A stretch of 64,000 nt of DNA from Candidatus Woesebacteria bacterium GW2011_GWA1_44_23. GTDB taxonomy: Bacteria; Patescibacteriota; Microgenomatia; UBA8517. The DNA lies in the NCBI GenBank assembly GCA_001001045.1, contig LCIL01000005.1:21409-85408 (forward strand), given 5' to 3'. Shown piece after piece: positions 46,497 to 54,504 of the stretch; position 1 is the first letter of the stretch; each line of letters begins with the position of its first letter. The notes below the pieces were generated by a model. The model was not told the origin of the DNA and did not search any database. It was given only the letters and a program-made list of their open reading frames with translations. Made by a program: the position numbers and the translations under genes.

Positions 46497-49110
46497 GCCC
46501 CTCCCTTTCTCCCTCGGTTAGTCCGAGTCTGTCTCCATCGGTCTCCCCGAGTGCCTCCCCAAGCATTAGTCCGTCTGTTTCTCCTTCAGCTTCGATTTCA
46601 CCATCTATGAGCCCCTCCGAATCACCATCTACGTCTCCTTCCACGTCACCGTCGATTTCGCCTTCGGTTTCACCAAGCCCGAGTATTAGTCCCTCAGTAA
46701 GTCCGAGTTTTTCTCCGTCAGTTTCATCGTCAATCTCACCAAGCATTTCACCCTCCGTCTCGCCGTCACCGTCGATATCTCCTTCAATAAGTCCGTCCGT
46801 TTCACCTTCCCCCGGCTCCAGTTTTTCTCCATCCATAAGTCCGTCAATCTCGCCTTCGATTAGCTCTAGTGTTTCGCCGTCAGTCAGCCCGTCGGTATCA
46901 CCATCTCCCTCCGTCTCGCCTTCGGTTTCGCCAAGCCCGAGTATTAGTCCCTCAATAAGCCCGAGTGTCTCTCCGTCAGTCTCTCCCAGTGTAAGTTCAT
47001 CGGTTTCTCCCTCAGTATCGCCATCGGCGTCGATCTCGCCATCTATATCTCCAAGCAAGTCGCCATCAGTGTCTCCAAGTGTATCCGTCAGTATCTCCCC
47101 TTCGGTTTCGCCTTCACCATCCATCTCGCCTTCAGTAAGCCCATCGGTAAGTGCGTCGATCTCTCCTTCTATCAGTTCCAGTGTCTCGCCTTCTGTCTCC
47201 CCAAGTCCTAGCATGTCCTCATCGATAAGCCCGTCGGCGTCCCCGTCTGTTAGTCCGTCCGTTTCCTCATCTGTTAGTCCGTCTATTTCCCCGTCACCGT
47301 CAGCATCACCTTCGAATAGCCCATCGGTAAGTCCATCGATCTCTCCTTCAGTAAGTCAAAGCATTTCCCTTTCGGTTTCTCCTTCCCCATCCGTCTCGCC
47401 TTCGGTAAGCCCATCGGTTTCCCTGTCTGCATCGCCGTCCGGATCGCCGTCTGTTTCACCATCGGTTTCTCCCTCACTGTCTGTTTCGCCATCCGTCTCC
47501 CCGAGCCCAAGTGCTTCACCATCCGTAAGTGCCTCGATCTCTCCTTCAATAAGTCCGTCCGTTTCGCCTTCCCCCGGCTCCAGTTATTCTCCTTCCATAA
47601 GTCCGTCAATCTCGCCTTCAATTAGCCCGAGTCTGTCTCCATCGGTCTCCCCGAGTGCCTCCCCAAGCATTAGTCCGTCTGTTTCTCCTTCAGCTTCGAT
47701 TTCACCATCTTATTCACCGTCTGTTTCACCTTCAGTCTCTCCATCGGTGTTTCGGCATCCATTAGCCCATCTACCTCGCCCTCGGTTTCCATATCTCCGT
47801 CTATTTCACCCAGTAAATCTCCGTCTATTTCACCAAGTGTTTCTCCCAGTATTTCCGCCTCTATTTCTCCAAGTCCTAGTATTTCGCCTTCAATTAGCCC
47901 AAGTGTGTCTCTTTCGGTGTCTCCCAGTGTTAGCCTGTCAATTTCTCCCTCCGTCTCGCCATCACCTTCCCTGTCCCCGTCCTTTAGTCCAAGCCAATCT
48001 CCTTCGGTTAGTCCGAGTGTTTCCCCGTCAGTCAGCCCGTCGGTATCACCATCTCCTTCGATCTCGCCATCGGTGTCACCAAGCGCGAGTATCAGCCCTT
48101 CAATAAGTCCGAGTATTTCTCCGTCAGTTTCTCCCAGCGTAAGTTCATCGGTTTCTCCCTCGGTATCGCCCTCACCGTCGATTTCACCTTCAATGAGCCC
48201 ATCGGTAAGTCCATCAATCTCTCCTTCAATAAGTCAAAGCATTTCCCCTTCGGTTTCGCCCTCTATTGGTGTAAGTATTTCTCCATCGGTTAGTCCCAGC
48301 GTCTCAGTATCCAAATCCCCGAGTATTTCACCGTCAAAGTCTCCGTCCTTAAGTCCGTCGGTTTCACCCTCGCCTTCCCGTTCGCCCTCTCTTAGCCCAA
48401 GTGAGTCCGCTTCTGTTTCACCCTCTGCTTCACTTTCGCCGTCGGAATCCGCTTCGGTAAGTCCTTCCTTCTCACCATCGGCTTCCATCTCACCCTCAAG
48501 AAGCCCTTCTATTTCACCTTCTATAAGTCCCAGTATTTCACCCTCAAAGTCTCCATCAGCAAGCCCGTCCACTTCTCCCTCTGCTTCAATCTCGCCATCT
48601 TTGAGCAAGTCTGCCTCACCTTCAAGATCGCCTTCAGTTTCCCCGTCAGGATCGGCGTCAATTTCACCTTCATCAAGCTCATCGGTCTCACCTTCGGTAT
48701 CAATCTCGCCAAGTGTTTCTCCTTCGGTTTCTCCAAGCCCCAGTCTGTCACCTTCTGTAAGTCCAAGTAAATCGCCCTCTCTTTCTCCGTCAATCTCACC
48801 AAGCTTTTCTCCGTCGGTTTCTATCTCCCCTTCATTAAGCGCATCGGTCTCGCCAAGCCCGAGCGTTTCTCCTTCCCCTTCCCTCTCCCTGTCCATTTCA
48901 CCAAGCGTTTCTCCGTCGGCTTCTATATCACCTTCGGTTTCGCCACCAAATTCAATTTCACCTTCCATTTCCCCCTCAAGCGCTCCTGTTGCGAGCGCCT
49001 CGCCTTCGGTTTCCCCGTCCCCATCAGCTGCCGGGGTGGCTTCTTCTGTCTCGCCGTCACCTTCTCCGGCGGTAATTGTTTACTCGGCCAGTGCCAGCCC
49101 ATCAACCTCT
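45660..49110 (+). repeat. coding SPSxSP tandem repeat array spanning three ORFs in three frames
   Basis: Seen directly. An 80-100 bp sub-repeat recurs at about 46370, 46531 and 47641. Confidence 0.8.
46607..48106 (+). CDS. SP-repeat ORF (frame open from about 46481); middle segment of the same repeat gene
   Basis: Pure SPSxSP repeat translation. The frame differs by one from its neighbours. Confidence 0.45.
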   Translation: MSPSESPSTSPSTSPSISPSVSPSPSISPSVSPSFSPSVSSSISPSISPSVSPSPSISPSISPSVSPSPGSSFSPSISPSISPSISSSVSPSVSPSVSPSPSVSPSVSPSPSISPSISPSVSPSVSPSVSSSVSPSVSPSASISPSISPSKSPSVSPSVSVSISPSVSPSPSISPSVSPSVSASISPSISSSVSPSVSPSPSMSSSISPSASPSVSPSVSSSVSPSISPSPSASPSNSPSVSPSISPSVSQSISLSVSPSPSVSPSVSPSVSLSASPSGSPSVSPSVSPSLSVSPSVSPSPSASPSVSASISPSISPSVSPSPGSSYSPSISPSISPSISPSLSPSVSPSASPSISPSVSPSASISPSYSPSVSPSVSPSVFRHPLAHLPRPRFPYLRLFHPVNLRLFHQVFLPVFPPLFLQVLVFRLQLAQVCLFRCLPVLACQFLPPSRHHLPCPRPLVQANLLRLVRVFPRQSARRYHHLLRSRHRCHQARVSALQ

Positions 49111-49365
49111 TTCAGTCCTTCCATCCCCCCAGTTCCGGAAGAGCCGATACTGTATAAAAATCCAACTATTTTCAGAAACAAAAGAGTATCTGTAGGTGTG
49201 AGCTATGTTCCAAGCGGACAGCCAAGACTCCCGTCATGGAACACGGCGGGAAGACCCAAAAACCCAAGGGCAAGAGTCGTCGGATTTAATTTCGCAACTT
49301 CCAGTTTAGAATATTGGAATGGATCAAAGTGGTTAATACTACCTATGAAGAGGATCAAAACTTAG
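47905..49365 (+). CDS. SP-repeat ORF (frame open from about 47750) carrying the conserved C-terminal domain
   Basis: C-terminus ...RLPSWNTAGRPKNPRARVVGFNFATSSLEYWNGSKWLILPMKR. Confidence 0.55.
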   Translation: MSLSVSPSVSLSISPSVSPSPSLSPSFSPSQSPSVSPSVSPSVSPSVSPSPSISPSVSPSASISPSISPSISPSVSPSVSSSVSPSVSPSPSISPSMSPSVSPSISPSISQSISPSVSPSIGVSISPSVSPSVSVSKSPSISPSKSPSLSPSVSPSPSRSPSLSPSESASVSPSASLSPSESASVSPSFSPSASISPSRSPSISPSISPSISPSKSPSASPSTSPSASISPSLSKSASPSRSPSVSPSGSASISPSSSSSVSPSVSISPSVSPSVSPSPSLSPSVSPSKSPSLSPSISPSFSPSVSISPSLSASVSPSPSVSPSPSLSLSISPSVSPSASISPSVSPPNSISPSISPSSAPVASASPSVSPSPSAAGVASSVSPSPSPAVIVYSASASPSTSFSPSIPPVPEEPILYKNPTIFRNKRVSVGVSYVPSGQPRLPSWNTAGRPKNPRARVVGFNFATSSLEYWNGSKWLILPMKRIKT

Positions 49366-49445
49366 CAGGTTGGGCATCTTGTAAGGAGAGACCTTTCAAG
49401 GAGGCTAACAGGAAGATTAACCATTAACCTATCAAATTTTTACTA

Positions 49446-49474
49446 TTGATATGGGGTGGTAAGATTAATATAAT
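49446..49474 (+). promoter_or_regulatory. near-consensus promoter TTGATA-17-TATAAT, 12 nt upstream of the ATG of the mini-gene
   Basis: TTGATA at 49446-49451, 17-nt spacer, TATAAT at 49469-49474. The leader is very short and has no obvious SD. Confidence 0.45.
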
Positions 49475-49486
49475 AATTTAAACAAT

Positions 49487-49681
49487 ATGGCAATTTCTTC
49501 ACCGGTACTTGTTGAGATAGGTCAGGGTTTGTCTTTAATGGTCGGTCTCCCGACGATCGCATCTTGGAATTCTCAGAAGCGTCCGCAAAAAGCAAAAAGG
49601 GGTACGTTCGGATTTAACACCCAGACAAAAAGTTTGGAATATTGGGACGGGTCGGGGTGGTACACTGCCAAGCTTAGTTAG
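49487..49681 (+). CDS. 64-aa stand-alone copy of the conserved C-terminal domain of the SP-repeat proteins
   Basis: MAISSPVLVEIGQGLSLMVGLPTIASWNSQKRPQKAKRGTFGFNTQTKSLEYWDGSGWYTAKLS aligns with the C-termini of the 37649 and 47905 products. Confidence 0.5.
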   Translation: MAISSPVLVEIGQGLSLMVGLPTIASWNSQKRPQKAKRGTFGFNTQTKSLEYWDGSGWYTAKLS

Positions 49682-49731
49682 TCAAAAGTACTACTTGTTT
49701 TTTTATAATTTCGGATTAATAATGTTGCAAG

Positions 49732-49935
49732 ATGCTTAATTTCATTAAAAATATCGGTCCCGTAGAGTGGGTGGTTATTCTTCTTATTCTGATAATAATT
49801 TTCGGCCGCAAAATACTTGTAAGCCTTGGCCGTGCCAGTGGTGAAACAGTTAGGGAACTGAAAAGCGTTAAGAAAAGCTTGACCGACGCTGTTGAAGGAA
49901 CAGAGGACAAGCCCGAGAAGAAGGAGGTGTCTTAA
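49732..49935 (+). CDS. tatA: twin-arginine translocase subunit TatA/E
   Basis: N-terminal TM helix followed by the FG hinge: WVVILLILIIIFGRKILVSLGRASGETVRELK. Confidence 0.7.
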   Translation: MLNFIKNIGPVEWVVILLILIIIFGRKILVSLGRASGETVRELKSVKKSLTDAVEGTEDKPEKKEVS

Positions 49936-49941
49936 AAATTT

Positions 49942-50103
49942 ATGTTTCAATCGATAGGGACAACAGAGTGGATAATAATTGCCGTCTTGGTACTTTTACT
50001 CTTCGGAGGAAAAAAGATTCCGGAATTTTTCAAAGGCATCGGTGAGGCCGTCAGGGAGTTTAAGAAAGCTTCAAAAGATACCGACGAGAAAAAAGAAGGA
50101 TAA
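49942..50103 (+). CDS. tatA: second TatA/E-family protein (53 aa; below the ORF-track cutoff)
   Basis: [53 protein letters not shown]. Confidence 0.65.
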   Translation: MFQSIGTTEWIIIAVLVLLLFGGKKIPEFFKGIGEAVREFKKASKDTDEKKEG

Positions 50104-50123
50104 TCCAGTAGAATGTTCTCAAG

Positions 50124-50873
50124 GTGGAAAACATCAAGGCTCTCGGATCCCCCGAAGTTAAAGAAGCGCTAGCCAAGTACTCTCACTATTTGGTTGAAGC
50201 CCGCAAAAAGATCATATTTACGCTTATTGTTTTCGTTCTGGCAACTTTCGTGGGTTTTTTCTTTTATGAACAGATAATAAAATTTCTGGTTGATTTCCTG
50301 AGTCTTACCGGAATCAACATAGTTTTCACTTCCCCATTCCAGTTTATCAATCTTGCAATCAGTTGCGGCGTGGCAACCGGCATAATATTTTCCTTTCCGC
50401 TTCTTGTCTTCCAAATCATGTCCTTTTTGAAGCCGGCTCTCAGAGGAAAAGAATATAAAATGATCATGAGGCTCCTGCCCTTTTCCCTTATTCTTTTCGC
50501 TTTGGGGTTTTCATTCGGGGTTTTTATTATGAAATGGCAGGTCCAGATATTTTTAAGCAGGGCAGTTTCAATCGGCATCGGCAACATCCTGGACATAAGT
50601 AAGCTTTTATCGGTAGTTCTTTTAACCTCCGCTCTGATGGGGATAGGTTTCCAGTTTCCTATCCTGTTGCTTCTTCTTCTCAGAATCGGTCTAATTACCA
50701 ACGGTCAACTTCGTAAAATCCGTAAATGGGTTTATCTCGGTTCTTTCGTGTTCGCGCTGCTGCTGCCGCCGGATTCAATTTTGGCAGACGTACTTTTATC
50801 GCTGCCTTTGATAATCCTTTACGAAATTACCCTGATTCTAGATAGAACTTTTGACGGTCACCGTTTAACCTAA
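50124..50873 (+). CDS. tatC: twin-arginine translocase subunit TatC (GTG start)
   Basis: Six TM helices, TatC-like ...FTSPFQFINLAISCGVATGIIFSFPLLVFQIMSFLKPAL. Confidence 0.8.
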   Translation: MENIKALGSPEVKEALAKYSHYLVEARKKIIFTLIVFVLATFVGFFFYEQIIKFLVDFLSLTGINIVFTSPFQFINLAISCGVATGIIFSFPLLVFQIMSFLKPALRGKEYKMIMRLLPFSLILFALGFSFGVFIMKWQVQIFLSRAVSIGIGNILDISKLLSVVLLTSALMGIGFQFPILLLLLLRIGLITNGQLRKIRKWVYLGSFVFALLLPPDSILADVLLSLPLIILYEITLILDRTFDGHRLT

Positions 50874-51821
50874 GCGGTTTGCCTTAAACCAATCGACAAA
50901 TTCGGTTAGACCAGCCTCCAAGGTGATCTTGGATTCAAATCCGAGAAGTTTTTTGGCCTTTGAGGTATCCGCATACGTGTTTCTCGATTCCCCGCTGAGA
51001 CTTGGAAGATATTTGATTTTTGCCTTCTTACCGGTTATTTTTTCCAAAACGGAAATAAACTTTTTAATGCTTACCGGACGGCTTGCGCCGAGGTTAATTA
51101 TTTCGTAACCGAAAGGTTTGGCAAGGGCAAGTGTTATGCCCCGGACAATATCTTTTATGTTCGTAAAGTCGCGCGTTGCACGCCCGTCCCCGTTCAGGTT
51201 AATTTTTTTACCTGTTAAGAGAGATTGCGTAAAAATGTAAGGTGACATGTCGGGGCGCCCCTTGGGGCCGTAGACAGTAAAAAAACGGAGTATGGTAACG
51301 TTTAGGCCGTAAATCATGTGGTAGGTGTAGCAAAGGAGCTCAGCCGACCTTTTGGACATCGCGTAGGGATTAAGAGGCTTAAGACACGGCGCATCTTCCT
51401 TTGAGGGAATGGGTTCATCATTGCCGTAGACCGATGAGGATCCTGCAAATACGACGTCTTTAACTCCCATTTCCCTTGCGGCCTCCAAAACGTTAAGGGT
51501 ACCGGTAACATTTGTTTTGATGTATAAATCCGGGTTTTTAAGCGAATTTCTTACCCCTACTCTTGCGGCCAAATGGACAACTTTATCGAAGTGAAGCCCC
51601 TTAAGAAGGCGCATTAACCGGGCGCGGTCCTCAATATCGACGTTCAAAACCCGCAGGCGTTTATTTTTGAGCCTACGGATATTTTCCTTCTTGAAAAGGA
51701 TGTCATAATAGTCACTGAAATTATCAACACAGGTAACCTTGTCCCCTTTTTTAAGTAGTTCCTCAATTAAACTTGAGCCGATAAATCCGGCGCCTCCCGT
51801 AACAAGAATTTTCATATTCAA
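50865..51821 (-). CDS. NAD-dependent epimerase/dehydratase (extended SDR; UDP-sugar 4-epimerase-like)
   Basis: VTGGAGFIGS...YAMSKRSAE (YxxxK). Confidence 0.8.
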   Translation of the reverse strand: MNMKILVTGGAGFIGSSLIEELLKKGDKVTCVDNFSDYYDILFKKENIRRLKNKRLRVLNVDIEDRARLMRLLKGLHFDKVVHLAARVGVRNSLKNPDLYIKTNVTGTLNVLEAAREMGVKDVVFAGSSSVYGNDEPIPSKEDAPCLKPLNPYAMSKRSAELLCYTYHMIYGLNVTILRFFTVYGPKGRPDMSPYIFTQSLLTGKKINLNGDGRATRDFTNIKDIVRGITLALAKPFGYEIINLGASRPVSIKKFISVLEKITGKKAKIKYLPSLSGESRNTYADTSKAKKLLGFESKITLEAGLTEFVDWFKANRLG

Positions 51822-51848
51822 AACTGAGGGCAGTATACTCCAAAGATG

Positions 51849-51919
51849 TGGACCGTGGGGGAATTGAACTCCCTTTTCCGCAATGCGAATGCGGTGTACT
51901 ACCGGTGTACTAACGGCCC
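51849..51919 (-). tRNA. tRNA-Ala (anticodon CGC) candidate, 71 nt
   Basis: Hand-folded cloverleaf. Acceptor GGGCCGU/ACGGUCC carries the G3:U70 Ala identity pair. D-arm GUAC-ACCGGUA-GUAC. Anticodon arm CCGCA-UUCGCAU-UGCGG. T-loop UUCAAUU. There is one A-C mismatch in the T-stem and no encoded CCA. Confidence 0.55.
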
Positions 51920-51949
51920 AGACACACTTGGATTATACCAAAGTATTCC

Positions 51950-53098
51950 CTAACGAAGATAGTTAAGCGGATTGACGCGTACTCCATTGAGGAATATCTC
52001 AAAATGCGTGTGAGGGCCGGATGAGCGGCCTGTAGAACCCATCTTCCCGATCGCCTGGCCGCGGCCGATGTTTTGCCCCGATATGACCATAATCTGGGAT
52101 AAATGCGCGTAGCGTGTTTTGTAGCCGTTTCCATGATCGATAAGTACCATATTTCCATACCCGGCAGTATCCCAGCCCGCGTAGATAACACGCCCGCTGT
52201 CGGCAGCCACGTCCGGAGTCCCGGTGGAGTTGGCAATATCAAGACCCGGGTGGTACCAGGAGAATCTTTGAGTGATTCTTCCCGCAGTCGGCCAGACGAA
52301 TTGGCCCATGGCGGTAACCGTGCCCGCATCGGGCGTAACTTGCCTTACCCTCGGGGCTACCGCGGCGGCCGGCATAACTCCGTCGGGAACCACAACAATC
52401 TGGCCTATGGCCAGTTCAAAGGTTTCGTCATCGGTGAAAGTATTAAAGGGAAAATCGACTATCGCCTGCGAATCCGCGTCATATTTTTTTGCAATGGAAT
52501 AAACTGTGTCGCCCTTGGCTACAGTATGGGTAATTCCCGTTACGGGCATGACTTTGAGGGTTTGCCCGACTTTAATTTTGTCGTTCGTAAGTCCGTTTCC
52601 CCAACGGACTGTGTCGGCCGAAACACCAAACTTATTGGCAATGGATGCAACCGTGTCCCCGCTTTGAACCTTGTAATCAACCACACTATCTCTTACCTTA
52701 CTGGATATTTGTGTATCAATGGCAGGGTCGTCGGTGGAAGCGGAAAGCACGACGGGGGTAACCGATATGCTCCAGGGATTTACACTTTTGCCCGGAAATT
52801 CCTGGGCAATAATAGGAGCCATCATGACTCCAAGGGCCGTTATTGCCACCATTCCAGAATGAGAAAGAGTTCTTGAAAGTTTCCCCCTTTTTCTATACAG
52901 TGCCGTAACAACGACTCCCTTTTTCTCCTCAAACCGCAAGAAACTTATGTGAAGACTTTTAAATGCAAAATTAGCAAGCTCTCTTAGAAAAATCTTTATG
53001 TCTTGCCATATTCCAACCAAAGCCTCGAGGGTATCATCCATGCGACATAGATGATATCGTATAAAAGGGTGTGAAGCAAACTTTTTAGAAGAACACAA
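51950..53098 (-). CDS. LysM-repeat M23 family metallopeptidase (membrane-anchored)
   Basis: Two LysM repeats (VQSGDTVASIANKFGVS...; VAKGDTVYSIAKKYDAD...). M23 motifs HPGLDIA...GYGNMVLIDHGNGYKTRYAHL...GPHTHFE. Confidence 0.75.
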   Translation of the reverse strand: MCSSKKFASHPFIRYHLCRMDDTLEALVGIWQDIKIFLRELANFAFKSLHISFLRFEEKKGVVVTALYRKRGKLSRTLSHSGMVAITALGVMMAPIIAQEFPGKSVNPWSISVTPVVLSASTDDPAIDTQISSKVRDSVVDYKVQSGDTVASIANKFGVSADTVRWGNGLTNDKIKVGQTLKVMPVTGITHTVAKGDTVYSIAKKYDADSQAIVDFPFNTFTDDETFELAIGQIVVVPDGVMPAAAVAPRVRQVTPDAGTVTAMGQFVWPTAGRITQRFSWYHPGLDIANSTGTPDVAADSGRVIYAGWDTAGYGNMVLIDHGNGYKTRYAHLSQIMVISGQNIGRGQAIGKMGSTGRSSGPHTHFEIFLNGVRVNPLNYLR

Positions 53099-53105
53099 AA
53101 TTAGC

Positions 53106-54431
53106 TCAGGCAGTTTTTAGGCTGTCGAGGAATTCGTCATTGGTCTCAGTCCTGGAAAGTCTATCGATCAGAGTCAGGGTTTTTTCATCATCATTCATCA
53201 TTTCAATCATCCTCCGAAGCGTATTTACCTTCTTAAGTTTTTCCATTCCGAAAAGAAGTTCATCCTGTCTTGTCCCGCTTCTTGATATGTCAATAGCTGG
53301 AAAAACGCGCTTGTCCGAAAGCTTTCTGTCCAAGTGAAGTTCCATATTTCCGGTTCCTTTGAATTCTTCATAAATCAGGTCATCCATTCTGCTTCCCGTG
53401 TCAACCAAACAAGTTCCGATAATGGTCAGGGATCCCTTGCCTTCAATTTTTCTGGCAGCTCCGAAGAATTTTTTAGCAGGGAAAAGAGCCATGGGGTCAA
53501 ATCCTCCCGAAAGGGTTCTGCCGGAAGTCGGAAGAGCCAGGTTGTATGCCCTGGCCATTCTGGTAATCGAATCAAGGACTATAACAACATCACGCCCACC
53601 TTCAACCAGCCTTCTGGCCCGTTCCAGTGCCAACTCTCCCACTCTGGTTTGGTCCTGAGGAGCTTCATCAAAATTGGAGGCCGCAACCTCTCCCATTTTA
53701 TCCGTGACAATGTCCATCGTTCTTATGATATCCGTGACTTCCTCGGGGCGCTCCCCGATAAGAACGGCCATAATGTGAACTTTTCTGGCTTTTCCTTTTC
53801 CTTTCTCCGGATAATTGAGTGCGATTCCCTTGATAATGTCTTTCACAAGCCAGGTTTTACCGGCTTTGGGTGGAGAAACTATAAGGGCACGCTGACCGAA
53901 ACCTATCGGAGCAACCAAATCTATCATTCTATTAGTTAATGTATCTTTATCGGTCGAAAGAATAATCTGTGCATCAGGGTAAACGGCCGTCATGTCGTCA
54001 AAGTCCACTCTTTGACCCAAAGCTTCAACCGGTTCTCCGTTAACTTTTTCAACCTTCAAAAGACCCCAATATCTTTCGTTTTCTTTTGGACGCCTGGCCT
54101 GTCCGCCAACCATGTCTCCGACACGCAAGTTAAACCTTCTGATTTGTGAGGCGGAAATATAAATATCGTGATCGCTCGGAGCAAACCTTTGAGGCCTAAG
54201 AAGTCCGCTTCCCTCATTGGCAATATCCAGAACTCCCTCTACAGACTCCGTAGGTAGCCCCGCATCGGGAATCATCCTCTCATCAACCACCAAGGGGTTA
54301 ATGGGCCTTTCCTGAATGGCCACAGGAGCCGGAGGAAGCATCCCTGCATCAACCGGGGCACCGACCAGCGACTGCACGTCACTATCCCCCTCTTCTTTTA
54401 TAAGTGTCTTCTCAACTGCTTTTTTCGGCAT
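53106..54431 (-). CDS. rho: transcription termination factor Rho
   Basis: GVLDIANEGSGLLRP (OB/CSD), Walker A FGQRALIVSPPKAGKT, ...VVIVLDSITRMARAYN. Confidence 0.85.
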   Translation of the reverse strand: MPKKAVEKTLIKEEGDSDVQSLVGAPVDAGMLPPAPVAIQERPINPLVVDERMIPDAGLPTESVEGVLDIANEGSGLLRPQRFAPSDHDIYISASQIRRFNLRVGDMVGGQARRPKENERYWGLLKVEKVNGEPVEALGQRVDFDDMTAVYPDAQIILSTDKDTLTNRMIDLVAPIGFGQRALIVSPPKAGKTWLVKDIIKGIALNYPEKGKGKARKVHIMAVLIGERPEEVTDIIRTMDIVTDKMGEVAASNFDEAPQDQTRVGELALERARRLVEGGRDVVIVLDSITRMARAYNLALPTSGRTLSGGFDPMALFPAKKFFGAARKIEGKGSLTIIGTCLVDTGSRMDDLIYEEFKGTGNMELHLDRKLSDKRVFPAIDISRSGTRQDELLFGMEKLKKVNTLRRMIEMMNDDEKTLTLIDRLSRTETNDEFLDSLKTA

Positions 54432-54504
54432 TAAATTAGTGGTAATAGAAAACTCACGGAAATCCGGGCAAACTCGAAGTTACAACTGTAAGTATAGCCC
54501 TATT

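Noticed and set aside
39240-49110. Periodic repeat arrays considered as a CRISPR-like or other non-coding repeat.
   Set aside because: The period is 9/18 nt and in-frame coding (Ser-Pro-Ser-X) with long ORFs. There are no spacer-repeat units and no cas genes.
49979-50161. ORF 49979..50161 (plus strand, 60 aa).
   Set aside because: A different frame over the same DNA encodes a clean second TatA (49942..50103) with the canonical TM-FG-amphipathic layout.
51910-52329. ORF 51910..52329 (minus strand) and ORF 52103..52876 (plus strand).
   Set aside because: They overlap the tRNA-Ala candidate and the LysM/M23 peptidase gene in other frames. The composition is atypical, so they are spurious.
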